A stretch of DNA of 63,665 bases from Chloroflexota bacterium (GTDB lineage: Bacteria; Chloroflexota; UBA11872; VXNJ01). The notes beneath the pieces are model-generated. The model made no database searches, was not told where the DNA came from, and saw only the letters and a program-made list of their open reading frames with translations. Of this stretch, positions 1 through 9,994 are shown piece by piece. Location: positions 1-63,665 of the forward strand of contig JASLPR010000036.1 in assembly GCA_030744875.1 (NCBI GenBank), written 5' to 3'. Positions within the stretch are counted from its first letter, which is position 1. Every line of letters starts with the position of its first letter. The translations under genes and the position numbers were made by a program.

Positions 1-10
1 CCGGACGCTG

Positions 11-1306
11 GTGCACTGGCTGTCGCTGGGGCAACTGACCGACCTGCCGCTGGCGGAGATCGGCGAGCGCGCGGTGCTGACGATTTCGCCGCCGGCGGTG
101 CGCGAACAGGTAGTCCAGATCGCCGGCTCGGCGCTGGGCAACGTGCGGTTGGGGCGGGGCAAGCGCGACGCCCGCGACCTCCTGCTGGGGAACGACCTGC
201 CGGATCACGGCGAGGCGGTGGCCGTGCCGACGGCGGCGACGACCGAGACGCCCGATGTACCGGTGGATGAAGATGGCGAACGGATCGAACTGCCCAGCGG
301 CCGGGTGGCGATGCTGGGGCGGGGCGAGCACGGCACGCCGCGGCTGCACGCCTACGACAGCGACGGCCGGCCGTCGTCGGACCTGGCGGACGTGCGCGCC
401 GAATTGCGCCGCGAGCGTGGGATCAATTTCCCGATGCCCCTGGGTCACGTGCCGGGGCGGGGGGAAATCCTGCCGTGCCTGACGCAGACTTCCTGGACGG
501 CGACCCGGCTGACCCAGGCGACGCTGCTGCTGAACCGGCCGGTGTTCCTGCGCGGGCCGACCGGCACCGGCAAGTCGGCGCTGGCGCGCACCGTGGCGCA
601 CCTGTGGGGGCTGCCGACGGTGGAGTTTGCGTTCACCGGCGAGACCGCCAAGTCGGACCTGACCGCCGTGCGCCAACTGAGCCACGGAGCGACCCGCTGG
701 AGCCTGCAGGCGTTCCTGGAGGCGGTGCGCGATGGGCTGTTCGTGATCGTGAATGAATACAACACCGCCTACCCCGACGTGCACTCGATCATCAACGGCC
801 TGTTCGACAAGGCGGAACTGGTGACGCTGCCGGACGGGACCGAGATTCGGGCGCATCCGGACTTCCGGTTGGTGGCGACGGGCTTTCCCGACGGCCCCGG
901 CGTGAAGCCGCTGAATGAGGGCGTAGAGAACCGCTTCGGGGCGATTGTAGCGTTTGACTATCCGCCGCACGAGGAAGAGCGGGCGATCCTGGAGTTCGTG
1001 GTCGGCGGCCGGGTGAGCGCCGACGCGCTGGGCGGGATGGCGGAGCTGGCCTCGATCGCCCGGGCGATCCTGCGTGGCGAGATCGATGTGGAGTTCGGCG
1101 GCGGGATGGCCAACGTCGCGCCGGACGTGGCGGCCTCGGTGGCCGAGCGGACCGCCCTGACGACGGCCGAGATGGTGACCCTGGCCCGGGGCGCGCGGAC
1201 GAACGAAGAGATGGTGGCGTGGTACCGGCGGGGGGTCCTGGAGAACACTTCGCCGGAGGTGGCCCGGGTATTGGACCCGGTGCTGGCCAACTACAGCCTG
1301 GGATAG
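11..1306 (+). CDS. AAA+ ATPase, AAA_5 / CobS / MoxR-like (possibly 5'-partial; frame is open to window edge)
   Basis: Walker A in FLRGPTGTGKSALART and Walker B-like FVIVNEYN. Dynein-related AAA_5-like layout. No stop between position 2 and the first start codon at 11, so the gene may begin upstream of the window. Confidence 0.8.
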   Translation: MHWLSLGQLTDLPLAEIGERAVLTISPPAVREQVVQIAGSALGNVRLGRGKRDARDLLLGNDLPDHGEAVAVPTAATTETPDVPVDEDGERIELPSGRVAMLGRGEHGTPRLHAYDSDGRPSSDLADVRAELRRERGINFPMPLGHVPGRGEILPCLTQTSWTATRLTQATLLLNRPVFLRGPTGTGKSALARTVAHLWGLPTVEFAFTGETAKSDLTAVRQLSHGATRWSLQAFLEAVRDGLFVIVNEYNTAYPDVHSIINGLFDKAELVTLPDGTEIRAHPDFRLVATGFPDGPGVKPLNEGVENRFGAIVAFDYPPHEEERAILEFVVGGRVSADALGGMAELASIARAILRGEIDVEFGGGMANVAPDVAASVAERTALTTAEMVTLARGARTNEEMVAWYRRGVLENTSPEVARVLDPVLANYSLG

Positions 1307-1317
1307 GGAGCAGGGGC

Positions 1318-3225
1318 ATGGCGGAGCAGGCGGAGGATGTCGGAACGCTGACGCCTTCCGAGTTGGAGACGGTGGCGCGGATGATCGTCGGCCACGACCG
1401 GCTCCGCGTGCTGGCCGGGTCGTGGTGGTCGTATATCCCGCGGGAAGACCTGATTACCTACCCGGCGCAGCTGCTGGGTGAGTGGCCGACGGCGCGGCTG
1501 GTGGGCGCGATCTGCCACGAGACCGCCGAGGCGCGCTTTACCGGCACCCGCGGCTCGAGCCAGGTGGACCGCTGGCTGCGCGGGCAGAGCCAGCAGGGAC
1601 TTCCGGCGCGGACGGCGATGCTGCTGGTGAACACCATCAACGACATGCGGGTGAACCGGATGTACCTGGACCGCTACCCGGGCTCGCGGCCGTTTTTTGG
1701 GGAGCTTTACCGCGATGTGCCCAATCTGGACCCCCGCGACGACCGCGCTGGGGACCCGCCGGAGGCGCTTGGACGGCTGCCGCATCACCTGTTCGTGGAC
1801 GCGCTGACCGATCGCTGGGCGACCGAGAACTGGGGCGACCGCGAGGCCACCGAGGATGCCCCGGACGAGGTGCGCAAGGCGGCCCGCAAGCTGTGGTCGG
1901 CGGTGGAACGGGCGGCGGATTGCGACGACATCGAGAAGATGCTGGATGTGATTCGCAAGAAGGTGGTGCCGGGCTATCGCCGGCTGGTGGAGATGGCGCC
2001 GCTGCCGCCCTCCGGCGACGGCGGCGAGGATCCGGAACTGATGGACCGCAGCGAGGGCGCCGGCCAGCAGATCGATGACAGCAACCTGGAAGATCTGCCC
2101 GAGGACGCCGAAGAGAACGTGGCCGGGATTGAGGGCGACATCGAGCGGGCGCGGGCGGCCCAGGCGGGCGGGCGGGGCAAGGGGCGGCAGAAGGCCGGCT
2201 CGCAATTGCGGCGCTTCGGCACGCGCGGGGCGACCCCGGGACGGCGCGGGCCGCCGTCGGCGGCAGAACTTGGCGGGGATCGCTGGGAGACCTCGCTGGT
2301 CCAGCAGATGCGCGACGAGGAGGAGGAACGGATCGATTACACGCGCTTCGACTACCGGCTGGCGGTGTCGATCCTGGACGAGCAGATCAAGAGGACCATC
2401 GACGGCGACGGGCGTCGGCCGGGACTGAAGGCCATCATGGACCGGCGCCGGCACGGCATGAACGAGGCCCTGCGGCGGCCGCGCAAGCAGCGCACCGGCG
2501 ACCAGGGCGAGATCGACGTGGCTCACCCAGAGCGGCTGCTGATCGACCCGGTGACGGCGTTCCTGAAGGGAGTGCGCATTCCGCGTGAGGATCGCCAGCG
2601 CGATTTCGCCAGCGCGATACTGCTGGATATCAGCGGTAGCATGGTGCAGAAGGGCTACCCGACGCGCAAGTTCGACCGGCTGGTGGAGACGGCGGTGCTG
2701 TTCATCGAAATCCACGAGCGGCTGCGGATTCCGTTCGAGGTGTTTGGCTTCAGCAGCACGGTGACGCCGCTATGGAGCTTTACCGAGTGCCGCTGGCCGC
2801 GCGGGGCGATGCAGGAGCGCGCCTACGAGCCGCGCGATCACAGCGAGGCGTTTCGACGTCTCTACGAACTGGACCACAAGGACACCGACGACGCGGGAGC
2901 CCTGCGCACGGCGATCGAGCGCTGCCAGGCCCAGGCGGGACTAAAAAGCATCTTCGTGATCACCGACGGGATCAGTAGTGACCCCTCGGAGCTGCGGCGG
3001 GTGCTGATGGACCTGGATCGCGGCAATCTCGGCAAGGCCGAGGGCGAGCGGATGAAGGTGCTGGCCTTCGGGGTGGGGGTGGTGAGGTCGGAGTTTCAAT
3101 TGGCATACCAGCCGCGCCAATTCGGCAAGACCTTGAATTCGTGCACCGGGGTGGTGGTGGACGACATGACGCGGGTGCCGGGGCTGGTGCGGGACGCGGT
3201 GGACGAGCGGATTCGGCTGGCCTGA
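1318..3225 (+). CDS. von Willebrand factor A (VWA) domain protein, CobT-like partner of the upstream AAA+ ATPase
   Basis: ATG at 1318 preceded by GGGAGCAGGGG. C-terminal VWA domain with MIDAS motif LLDISGSM. Central acidic/basic low-complexity linker (EDPELMDRSEG...EDLPEDAEEN) as in CobT. N-terminal degenerate HExxH-like HETAE. Confidence 0.8.
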   Translation: MAEQAEDVGTLTPSELETVARMIVGHDRLRVLAGSWWSYIPREDLITYPAQLLGEWPTARLVGAICHETAEARFTGTRGSSQVDRWLRGQSQQGLPARTAMLLVNTINDMRVNRMYLDRYPGSRPFFGELYRDVPNLDPRDDRAGDPPEALGRLPHHLFVDALTDRWATENWGDREATEDAPDEVRKAARKLWSAVERAADCDDIEKMLDVIRKKVVPGYRRLVEMAPLPPSGDGGEDPELMDRSEGAGQQIDDSNLEDLPEDAEENVAGIEGDIERARAAQAGGRGKGRQKAGSQLRRFGTRGATPGRRGPPSAAELGGDRWETSLVQQMRDEEEERIDYTRFDYRLAVSILDEQIKRTIDGDGRRPGLKAIMDRRRHGMNEALRRPRKQRTGDQGEIDVAHPERLLIDPVTAFLKGVRIPREDRQRDFASAILLDISGSMVQKGYPTRKFDRLVETAVLFIEIHERLRIPFEVFGFSSTVTPLWSFTECRWPRGAMQERAYEPRDHSEAFRRLYELDHKDTDDAGALRTAIERCQAQAGLKSIFVITDGISSDPSELRRVLMDLDRGNLGKAEGERMKVLAFGVGVVRSEFQLAYQPRQFGKTLNSCTGVVVDDMTRVPGLVRDAVDERIRLA

Positions 3226-3306
3226 GGCCGGACGGACGGGGCGGATTTGGGACGTGGTGGGCGGGCGAATTCGGTCCTCGTAGCACTCGATCGGCCGTCG
3301 GTGTGC

Positions 3307-3334
3307 TTGCCCTGTGGCGCACCTTGCATATACT
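3307..3334 (+). promoter_or_regulatory. candidate sigma70-type promoter for rpsA (TTGCCC-N16-TATACT)
   Basis: An AT-rich -10-like hexamer TATACT stands out in a GC-rich intergenic region, with TTGCCC 16 nt upstream. The same -35 hexamer and spacing occur upstream of the tRNA-Leu. Confidence 0.35.
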
Positions 3335-3396
3335 GGTGCCTCGCGCATTGGTAGAAGTGCGCCCCGGAGCCTGATTCACAAGGGAATATTAAGTAC

Positions 3397-4824
3397 GTGC
3401 CAAGCAGCAAGATCGCCGCCGAAATCAAAAGCGTCGCCCCCGACTACGACTACTCGCAGATGGAATCCATGGAAGAGCTGCTGGATGCCGGCGAGCATGA
3501 AGTGAACGTTTACCGACGGGGCATGGTGATCGACGGCACGGTGGTGCGGGTGCAGGGCGAGGAAGTGATGCTGGATGTCGGCCTGAAGGCCGAAGGCGTG
3601 GTGGTGGGCCGCGAGCTGTTTGACCCGCGGCTGATGGCGGAGCGCCTGGAACTCGAAGTGGGCGAGTCGATTCCGGTATACGTGGTGCAGCCGGAGGGCG
3701 AGGGCGCGGCGATGCTGTCGATTCGCCGGGCGCTGCAGGAGAAGCTGTGGCGGGAGACCGAGGCGCTGTACAACGAAGGCAAGATCATCGAGTCGAAGGT
3801 GACCGAGTTCAACAAGGGCGGGGTGCTGGTGGACGTGGGCCCCCGGGGCTTCGTGCCGATGTCGCAGCTGGTGAGCCTGGCGCCGCCGGCGCCGGACGAG
3901 ACGCGGGAGGACGTGGCAGCGCGGCTGTCCGAGCTTCTCAACAAGACACTACAACTGAAGATCATCGAGATGGACCGCCGGCGCAACCGGATGATCCTGT
4001 CGGAGCGGGCGGCGGAGCGCGAGATGCGCTCGGAGCGCCGCGAGCAACTGCTGGACGAGTTGCAGGTGGGTCAGATTCGCAAGGGCCGGGTGAGCAACCT
4101 GGCGAGCTTCGGGGCGTTTATCGACCTGGGCGGGGCCGACGGCCTGGCGCACATTTCGGAACTATCCTGGAGCCGCGTGTCGAGCCCCGGCGAGGTGCTG
4201 CGCGCCAGCGAAGAGGTCGACGTGTACATCCTGTCGCTGGACCGTGTCGAGAAGAAGATCGCGCTGAGTATCCGCCGAGCGCTGCCAGACCCGTGGTCGA
4301 CGCTGGAAGAGCGCTACTCGCCGGAGATGGTGGTCGAGGGAACGGTGACGAAGCTGGCGCCGTTCGGCGTCTTCGTGCGGCTTGAGGAAGGCGTGGAAGG
4401 CCTAGCCCACGCATCGGACATCGGCGAGGAAGCCCTGACCTCGATGCGCGAAGAGGACGTCCTGAATTTCCGCATCCTGAGTATCGAGAGCAACCGCCGC
4501 CGCATCCGCCTGACCCCCGCCGACGCCGTCGACGAGGCCCTGGCCGAATACGACGTGACCGATGACGGCGAAGGAACGGTAGTCGGCACCTCCGATATCG
4601 CCGACACTGAAAGTGACGGGGACGCTGAGTCCCTGGCCGAAGCGGTGGTCGAGGAAGTCGAGGCCGAGGAGGACGTCGCCGAAGCTGAGGTTGACAAGGA
4701 AGTCGTCGCTGAAGCCGATGAGGAAATCGTCGCCGAGGCTGACGAGGAAGTCGTCGCTGAGGCCGCCGACGACGCCGAAGAATCCGACGATTCCGAGGCC
4801 GCCGACGACGACGCGAAAGCGTAA
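3397..4824 (+). CDS. rpsA: 30S ribosomal protein S1 with extended acidic C-terminal tail
   Basis: Four S1/OB repeats (e.g. GMVIDGTVVRV, GKIIESKVTEF, GQIRKGRVSNLASFGAFIDLG, VVEGTVTKLAPFGVFVRL). GTG start at 3397; an internal ATG (MESMEELL) is also possible. Confidence 0.95.
   Translation: MPSSKIAAEIKSVAPDYDYSQMESMEELLDAGEHEVNVYRRGMVIDGTVVRVQGEEVMLDVGLKAEGVVVGRELFDPRLMAERLELEVGESIPVYVVQPEGEGAAMLSIRRALQEKLWRETEALYNEGKIIESKVTEFNKGGVLVDVGPRGFVPMSQLVSLAPPAPDETREDVAARLSELLNKTLQLKIIEMDRRRNRMILSERAAEREMRSERREQLLDELQVGQIRKGRVSNLASFGAFIDLGGADGLAHISELSWSRVSSPGEVLRASEEVDVYILSLDRVEKKIALSIRRALPDPWSTLEERYSPEMVVEGTVTKLAPFGVFVRLEEGVEGLAHASDIGEEALTSMREEDVLNFRILSIESNRRRIRLTPADAVDEALAEYDVTDDGEGTVVGTSDIADTESDGDAESLAEAVVEEVEAEEDVAEAEVDKEVVAEADEEIVAEADEEVVAEAADDAEESDDSEAADDDAKA
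4699..4770 (+). repeat. 3 x 24-nt in-frame tandem repeat inside the rpsA acidic tail
   Basis: The three units are GAAGTCGTCGCTGAAGCCGATGAG, GAAATCGTCGCCGAGGCTGACGAG and GAAGTCGTCGCTGAGGCCGCCGAC. They encode EVVAEADE, EIVAEADE and EVVAEAAD. Confidence 0.8.
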
Positions 4825-4901
4825 TACCGCTCACCGACCGGCTGTGGGACAATAGGGTTACCGGACAAGCGGTAAGCACATGGTCACGCTGGGAGCGATA
4901 G

Positions 4902-7367
4902 GTGAACGACAGGCTCGACAAATTCACCGAGCGGGCGAAGAAGGTCCTGGTTTACGCACAGGACGAGGCGACGCGATTCAATCACAACTACATCGGCACC
5001 GAGCACCTGCTGCTGGGATTGCTGCGTGAGGGTGACGGGATCGCCGCCAAGGTGCTTGGTAACCTCGGGGTCGAGCTGAACAAAGTCCGCAGCGCGGTCG
5101 AGTTCATCATCGGGCGCGGCGAGCGGATGGTGGTGGGCGATATCAACCTGACGCCGCGCGCCAAGCGCGTGATCGAACTGGCGGTAGTAGAGGCGCGGCG
5201 GCTGGGCCACAACTACATCGGCACCGAGCACCTGCTGCTGGGCCTGGTCCGCGAGGGCGAGGGTATCGCCGCCGGAGTGCTGGAAAGCCTGGGGGTGAAC
5301 CTGGACAAGGTGCGTGCACAGGTGGTGCAGGTGGTGAGCCACGGCTCCATGGAGACCGGCGGGCAACGCCCGGGCGGCAAGAAGACCAGCAAGACGCCGC
5401 TGATGGACCAGATGGGGGTGGACCTGACCGCCGCCGCGCGGCGCGACGAACTGGACCCGGTGATCGGCCGGGCCGAGGAAATCGAGCGGGTCATCCAGAT
5501 CCTCAGCCGGCGCACCAAGAACAACCCAGCCCTGGTGGGCGACCCGGGCGTCGGCAAAACCGCGATTGTGGAAGGCCTGGCGCAGCGGATCGTCTCCGGC
5601 GACGTGCCCGAAAGCTTGAAGGGGCGGCGGCTGCTGACCCTGGACATCGGCTCGCTGGTGGCCGGCACCAAGTACCGCGGCGAGTTCGAGGAACGGCTCA
5701 AGAAGGTCATCGAGGAACTTAAGTCCTCGGACGAGACCATGATCTTTATCGATGAACTACACACGCTGGTCGGTGCCGGCGCCGCCGAGGGCGCGGTGGA
5801 CGCGGCTAACATCCTGAAGCCGGCGCTGGCGCGCGGCGAATTGCAGGCCATCGGCGCGACCACCGCCGACGAGTACCGCAAGCACATCGAGAAGGACGCG
5901 GCGCTGGAGCGGCGCTTCCAGCCGGTGAAGGTGCGCGAGGCGACCATCGAGGAATCGATCGAGATCCTGAAGGGCGTGCGCGAGCGCTACGAGGACCACC
6001 ACAAGGTGAAAATCACCGACGAGGCGGTGAAGCTGGCCGCCGAGATGGCCGGGCGCTACGTGACCGATCGCTTCTTGCCGGACAAGGCCATCGATGTGAT
6101 TGACGAAGCCTCGGCGAAGGTGAAGATCCGCGCCGGCTCGACGCCACAGGAACTACGCGAGTTGATCGCCGGTATCGAGGACATCGTCACCCGCAAGGAC
6201 CTGGCGATCGCCGAGAGCGACTACGAGACCGCGGACGAGTTGCGCACGGAAGAGCGGACCTCGCGAGCGCGGGCTGAGCAACTTGAAACCGAGTGGGCCG
6301 AAAACCGCCGCGACAAGACCCCGGAGGTCACCGAGGACGACGTGCTGTCGGTGGTTTCGGTGTGGACCGGTATCCCGGTGTCACGCATCGCCGAGGAAGA
6401 GTCGCAGCGACTCCTTCAGATGGAAGAAGAACTGCACAAGACGGTGGTCAGCCAGAACGAGGCCATCGAGACCCTGGCCAAGGCCGTGCGCCGCGCGCGC
6501 GCCGGGCTCAAGGATCCGAAGCGGCCCATCGGCAGCTTCATCTTCCTGGGGCCCACCGGGGTCGGCAAGACCCTGCTGGCGCGGGCGCTGGCGGAGTTCA
6601 TGTTCGGCAGCCAGGAGTCGCTGGTGCGCATCGACATGTCGGAATACATGGAGCGGCACTCGGTGTCGCGGCTGGTCGGCGCGCCCCCCGGGTACGTCGG
6701 CTACGAGGACGCCGGACAACTGACGGAAGCCGTCCGCCGGCGGCCGTACTCGGTGATCCTGCTGGACGAGATCGAAAAGGCCCACCCGGATGTCTTCAAC
6801 GTGCTGTTGCAGTTGATGGAGGACGGACGGCTGACCGACACCCACGGGCGCACCGTGGACTTCCGCAACACAATCGTGATCATGACCTCGAACATCGGGG
6901 CACAGTTGATTAAGCGGGCGTCGTCGATCGGCTTCAACATGGACGATGCCTCGGACGTTGCCGAGGAAGACCAGTACAAGCGCATGAGCGGCAAGGTGAT
7001 GGGCGAACTGAAGAAGGCCTTCCGGCCGGAGTTTCTGAATCGCATCGACGCCACGGTGGTGTTCCGGGCGCTGACCCGCGGGGACATCCACCAGATCGTC
7101 GACATGGAACTGGACCAGGTGCGCGAGCGCCTGTCCGAGCACGAGGTCGAGTTGGAAATGACGCCCGACGCCATGGACCTGCTGGCCGACAAGGGCTACG
7201 ACCCGGACTACGGCGCACGGCCGCTGCGGCGCGCGATCCAAGACCTGGTCGAGGATCCGCTGGCCGAGAAGCTGCTGGCCGGGGAGTTCTCCGCCGGCGA
7301 CCTCATCATCATCGAGCGCGACGGCGACGAACTGCACGCCGAGTCCCGCGAGCCGGTCGGAGCTTAA
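4902..7367 (+). CDS. clpC: ATP-dependent Clp protease ATP-binding subunit ClpC
   Basis: Duplicated Clp_N repeat ([16 protein letters not shown] twice). Two AAA modules ([15 protein letters not shown] and [15 protein letters not shown]). UVR-like linker. Confidence 0.97.
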   Translation: MNDRLDKFTERAKKVLVYAQDEATRFNHNYIGTEHLLLGLLREGDGIAAKVLGNLGVELNKVRSAVEFIIGRGERMVVGDINLTPRAKRVIELAVVEARRLGHNYIGTEHLLLGLVREGEGIAAGVLESLGVNLDKVRAQVVQVVSHGSMETGGQRPGGKKTSKTPLMDQMGVDLTAAARRDELDPVIGRAEEIERVIQILSRRTKNNPALVGDPGVGKTAIVEGLAQRIVSGDVPESLKGRRLLTLDIGSLVAGTKYRGEFEERLKKVIEELKSSDETMIFIDELHTLVGAGAAEGAVDAANILKPALARGELQAIGATTADEYRKHIEKDAALERRFQPVKVREATIEESIEILKGVRERYEDHHKVKITDEAVKLAAEMAGRYVTDRFLPDKAIDVIDEASAKVKIRAGSTPQELRELIAGIEDIVTRKDLAIAESDYETADELRTEERTSRARAEQLETEWAENRRDKTPEVTEDDVLSVVSVWTGIPVSRIAEEESQRLLQMEEELHKTVVSQNEAIETLAKAVRRARAGLKDPKRPIGSFIFLGPTGVGKTLLARALAEFMFGSQESLVRIDMSEYMERHSVSRLVGAPPGYVGYEDAGQLTEAVRRRPYSVILLDEIEKAHPDVFNVLLQLMEDGRLTDTHGRTVDFRNTIVIMTSNIGAQLIKRASSIGFNMDDASDVAEEDQYKRMSGKVMGELKKAFRPEFLNRIDATVVFRALTRGDIHQIVDMELDQVRERLSEHEVELEMTPDAMDLLADKGYDPDYGARPLRRAIQDLVEDPLAEKLLAGEFSAGDLIIIERDGDELHAESREPVGA

Positions 7368-7370
7368 CCC

Positions 7371-8726
7371 TTGCCGCAGCGGCAGACGACCGCCTATGTC
7401 TGTCGCGATTGCGGAAACTCGACGCCCAAGTGGGCGGGGCGCTGCCCCCAATGCGGCGAGTGGGACACGCTTGACGAGGTAAAGACCCGCAAACGCAAGG
7501 GCGCCCGCGTGGCCCGGCCGATAGCGGCGACAGAGCCAATCCCGCTGCACGCGGTCGATTCGGCCGACTACCCGCGGCTGCGCTTCGGCATGCCGGAGGT
7601 GGAGCGGGTGCTGGGCGGGGGCATGGTGCCGGGCTCGCTGGCGCTGCTGGGGGGCGACCCGGGCATCGGCAAATCCACGCTGCTGGCGCACGTCTCCGGC
7701 GGCCTGGCCGACAAAGACCGCCCGGTGCTGTACGTGTCCGGGGAAGAGTCGCCGCACCAGATCAAGCTGCGCGCCGATCGCCTGAACCTGGCCGGGCGCA
7801 ACCTGCTGCTGCTGCCGGAAGTATCGGTGGAGGCGGTGCTGGAGCACGCCCGCGCGGAGCCGCCGGCGATGCTGGTGATCGACTCGATCCAGACGGCGAT
7901 GGTGGACGGGATCGCCTCGGCCCCGGGGAGCGTGAGCCAGGTGCGCGAGGCGGCCTCGCGGCTGCTGCGCTTCGCCAAGGAAACCCGCGTGCCGGTGGTG
8001 ATCGCCGGGCACGTGACGAAGGAAGGCAACATCGCCGGCCCGCGCACTCTCGAACACCTGGTGGACGCGGTGCTGTACCTGGAGGGCGACCCTTACTCGG
8101 CCTGGCGCATCCTGCGCAGCGTGAAGAACCGCTTCGGCCCGACCCACGAGGTGGCGGTGCTGGAGATGAGCGCCGCCGGCTTCGTGGAGATCGCGAACCC
8201 GTCGGCGGCCTTCCTGTCGGAGCGCCGCGAGGCGACGCCGGGTTCGGCGGTGGCGGTGGCCATCGAGGGCACCCGGGCGTTGATGGTGGAGGTGCAGGCG
8301 CTGGTGAACCGCACCGTTTATTCGCTGCCCAAGCGAGTGGTGAACGGCTACGACTCGAACCGGCTGAACATGATGGTGGCGGTGCTGGACCGCCGGGCCG
8401 GTATCCGCCTACAGGATCAGGACATCTACGTGAACGTGGTGGGGGGGCTGAGTTTGGCGGAGCCGGCGGCCGACCTGCCGGTGGCGCTGGCGATCGCGTC
8501 GAGCCTGTGGAACAAGCCGCTGCGCAAGGGCACGGCGGCGTTTGGCGAGATCGGGCTGGCGGGGGAGGTCCGCTCGGTGTCGCAGCCGGAACTGCGCCTG
8601 GACGAGGCCGGGCGGATGGATTTCGACCGCTGCCTGGCGCCGCCGGCGGCGGCGAGCAATGGCCGCGAAGTCCTGGGTGTTGACAGCCTGTCGGTGGCGC
8701 TGGAGGCGGGCTTTGAGCGCTCCTGA
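7371..8726 (+). CDS. radA: DNA repair protein RadA/Sms
   Basis: N-terminal zinc ribbon YVCRDCGNSTPKWAGRCPQCGEW. Walker A GGDPGIGKST. KNRFG motif. Lon-like C-terminal domain. TTG start 3 nt after the clpC stop. Confidence 0.95.
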   Translation: MPQRQTTAYVCRDCGNSTPKWAGRCPQCGEWDTLDEVKTRKRKGARVARPIAATEPIPLHAVDSADYPRLRFGMPEVERVLGGGMVPGSLALLGGDPGIGKSTLLAHVSGGLADKDRPVLYVSGEESPHQIKLRADRLNLAGRNLLLLPEVSVEAVLEHARAEPPAMLVIDSIQTAMVDGIASAPGSVSQVREAASRLLRFAKETRVPVVIAGHVTKEGNIAGPRTLEHLVDAVLYLEGDPYSAWRILRSVKNRFGPTHEVAVLEMSAAGFVEIANPSAAFLSERREATPGSAVAVAIEGTRALMVEVQALVNRTVYSLPKRVVNGYDSNRLNMMVAVLDRRAGIRLQDQDIYVNVVGGLSLAEPAADLPVALAIASSLWNKPLRKGTAAFGEIGLAGEVRSVSQPELRLDEAGRMDFDRCLAPPAAASNGREVLGVDSLSVALEAGFERS

Positions 8727-9441
8727 GGAGCGGGCGGTGGCGATCGTCGTGGCGGCCGGCTCGGGCGCGCGCATGAACGGGATCGACAAGCTGTTGTACC
8801 CGCTGGCCGGCGCGCCGGCGATTCACTGGTCGCTCAGGGCCTTCGACGAGTCGCCGCTGGTGCACGGGATCGTGCTGGTGCTGGCGCCGGGCCGCCGGGC
8901 GGAGATGGAAAAGGTGATAAACGAGTTGCCGATGACCAAGTTGACCGCCATCTGCGACGGCGGCGACAGCCGCTATCACTCGGTCCTAAACGGGCTGCGG
9001 GCGGCCGGGGACGGCTATGCCTGGACGCTGATCCACGACGCGGCGCGCCCGTTCTTGAGTAAGGATGTGATAGCGCGCGGGCTGACGGCGGCGCGGATAA
9101 CCGGGGCCGCGATCGCGGCGACGCCGGCGACGGATTCCATCAAGCTCTGCGATGACGAGCGCCGGATCGTAGGCGACCCGCCACGGATGACGGTGTGGCT
9201 GGCGCAGACGCCGCAGATCGGGCGCTATGACCTGCTGCTGCGCGCCTACCAAGAACAGCAGTTCCGCTTTGACCAGTTCACGGACGAAGCCAGTGTACTG
9301 CACGCGGCCGGCCACGAGACGCGGGTGTTTCCCGGCTCCGAACACAATATCAAGCTGACGACGCCGGCCGATCTGGAGATGGCGGACTACATCGCGGCGC
9401 GCTGGGACAAGGAACCGGCCGGGGCGGGCGGGGATGGCTGA
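8713..9441 (+). CDS. ispD: 2-C-methyl-D-erythritol 4-phosphate cytidylyltransferase
   Basis: AIVVAAGSGARMNGIDKL signature. The TTG at 8713 overlaps the radA stop. The longer ORF from 8542 lies inside radA and is Arg/Trp-rich, so it is unlikely to be coding. Confidence 0.9.
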   Translation: MSAPEERAVAIVVAAGSGARMNGIDKLLYPLAGAPAIHWSLRAFDESPLVHGIVLVLAPGRRAEMEKVINELPMTKLTAICDGGDSRYHSVLNGLRAAGDGYAWTLIHDAARPFLSKDVIARGLTAARITGAAIAATPATDSIKLCDDERRIVGDPPRMTVWLAQTPQIGRYDLLLRAYQEQQFRFDQFTDEASVLHAAGHETRVFPGSEHNIKLTTPADLEMADYIAARWDKEPAGAGGDG

Positions 9442-9916
9442 TATGCGGGTAGGCGCGGGCAACGACCTGCACCGGCTGCGCGCCGGCGGGCCACTGGTGC
9501 TGGCGGGAGTGGCGATCCCGGCCGCGGTGGAGGCCGACGGTCACTCAGATGCCGACGTGGTGTTGCATGCGGTGACCGACGCGGTGCTGGGCGGGGCGGC
9601 GCTGGGCGACATCGGGCGGCTGTTTCCGGACACCGACCCGGCCTATCGCGACGCCGACAGCATGCTGTTCCTGACCGAGGCGGTGCGCCTGGCCGGGGTG
9701 GCCGGGTACCGGGTGGGCAATGTGGACGTGACGATCCGGCTGGAGACGCCGCAGCTGGCCCCGCACATCGACGCCATGCGCGAACGACTGGCCGGGAGCC
9801 TGGGGATCGACTCGCGCCGCGTGGGTATCAAGGCCAAGACCGGCGAAGGAATCGGACCGATCGGGCGTGGGGAGGCAGTGGCCTGTGACGCGGTGGTACT
9901 GCTGAAGGGCGGCTAG
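9434..9916 (+). CDS. ispF: 2-C-methyl-D-erythritol 2,4-cyclodiphosphate synthase
   Basis: MRVGAGNDLHRL...GHSDADVVLHAVTDA signature. The start is ATG 9434 (overlapping the ispD stop) or ATG 9443. Confidence 0.93.
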   Translation: MADMRVGAGNDLHRLRAGGPLVLAGVAIPAAVEADGHSDADVVLHAVTDAVLGGAALGDIGRLFPDTDPAYRDADSMLFLTEAVRLAGVAGYRVGNVDVTIRLETPQLAPHIDAMRERLAGSLGIDSRRVGIKAKTGEGIGPIGRGEAVACDAVVLLKGG

Positions 9917-9994
9917 CGCGGCGCGGATGTTGCCGGCGGCAACCGGACCGCGCCCCGACCGTCGGCCGGCTTCGGTAGAATCTGACGTTGGACG

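Noticed and set aside
6381-8147. 588-aa ORF antisense to clpC/radA. Similar long antisense ORFs occur at 1291-2715, 9545-10840, 11766-12857, 19276-20733, 33092-35440, 37450-40317 and 41686-43338.
   Set aside because: All lie opposite well-supported conserved genes. Their products are Arg/Gly/Pro/Ala/His-rich low-complexity sequences. They are the expected stop-poor shadow frames of a high-GC genome, and no recognisable domains were seen.
9917-9994. T-box or other leader riboswitch upstream of cysS.
   Set aside because: The intergenic spacer is only 78 nt with no specifier/antiterminator architecture. That is too short for a T-box.
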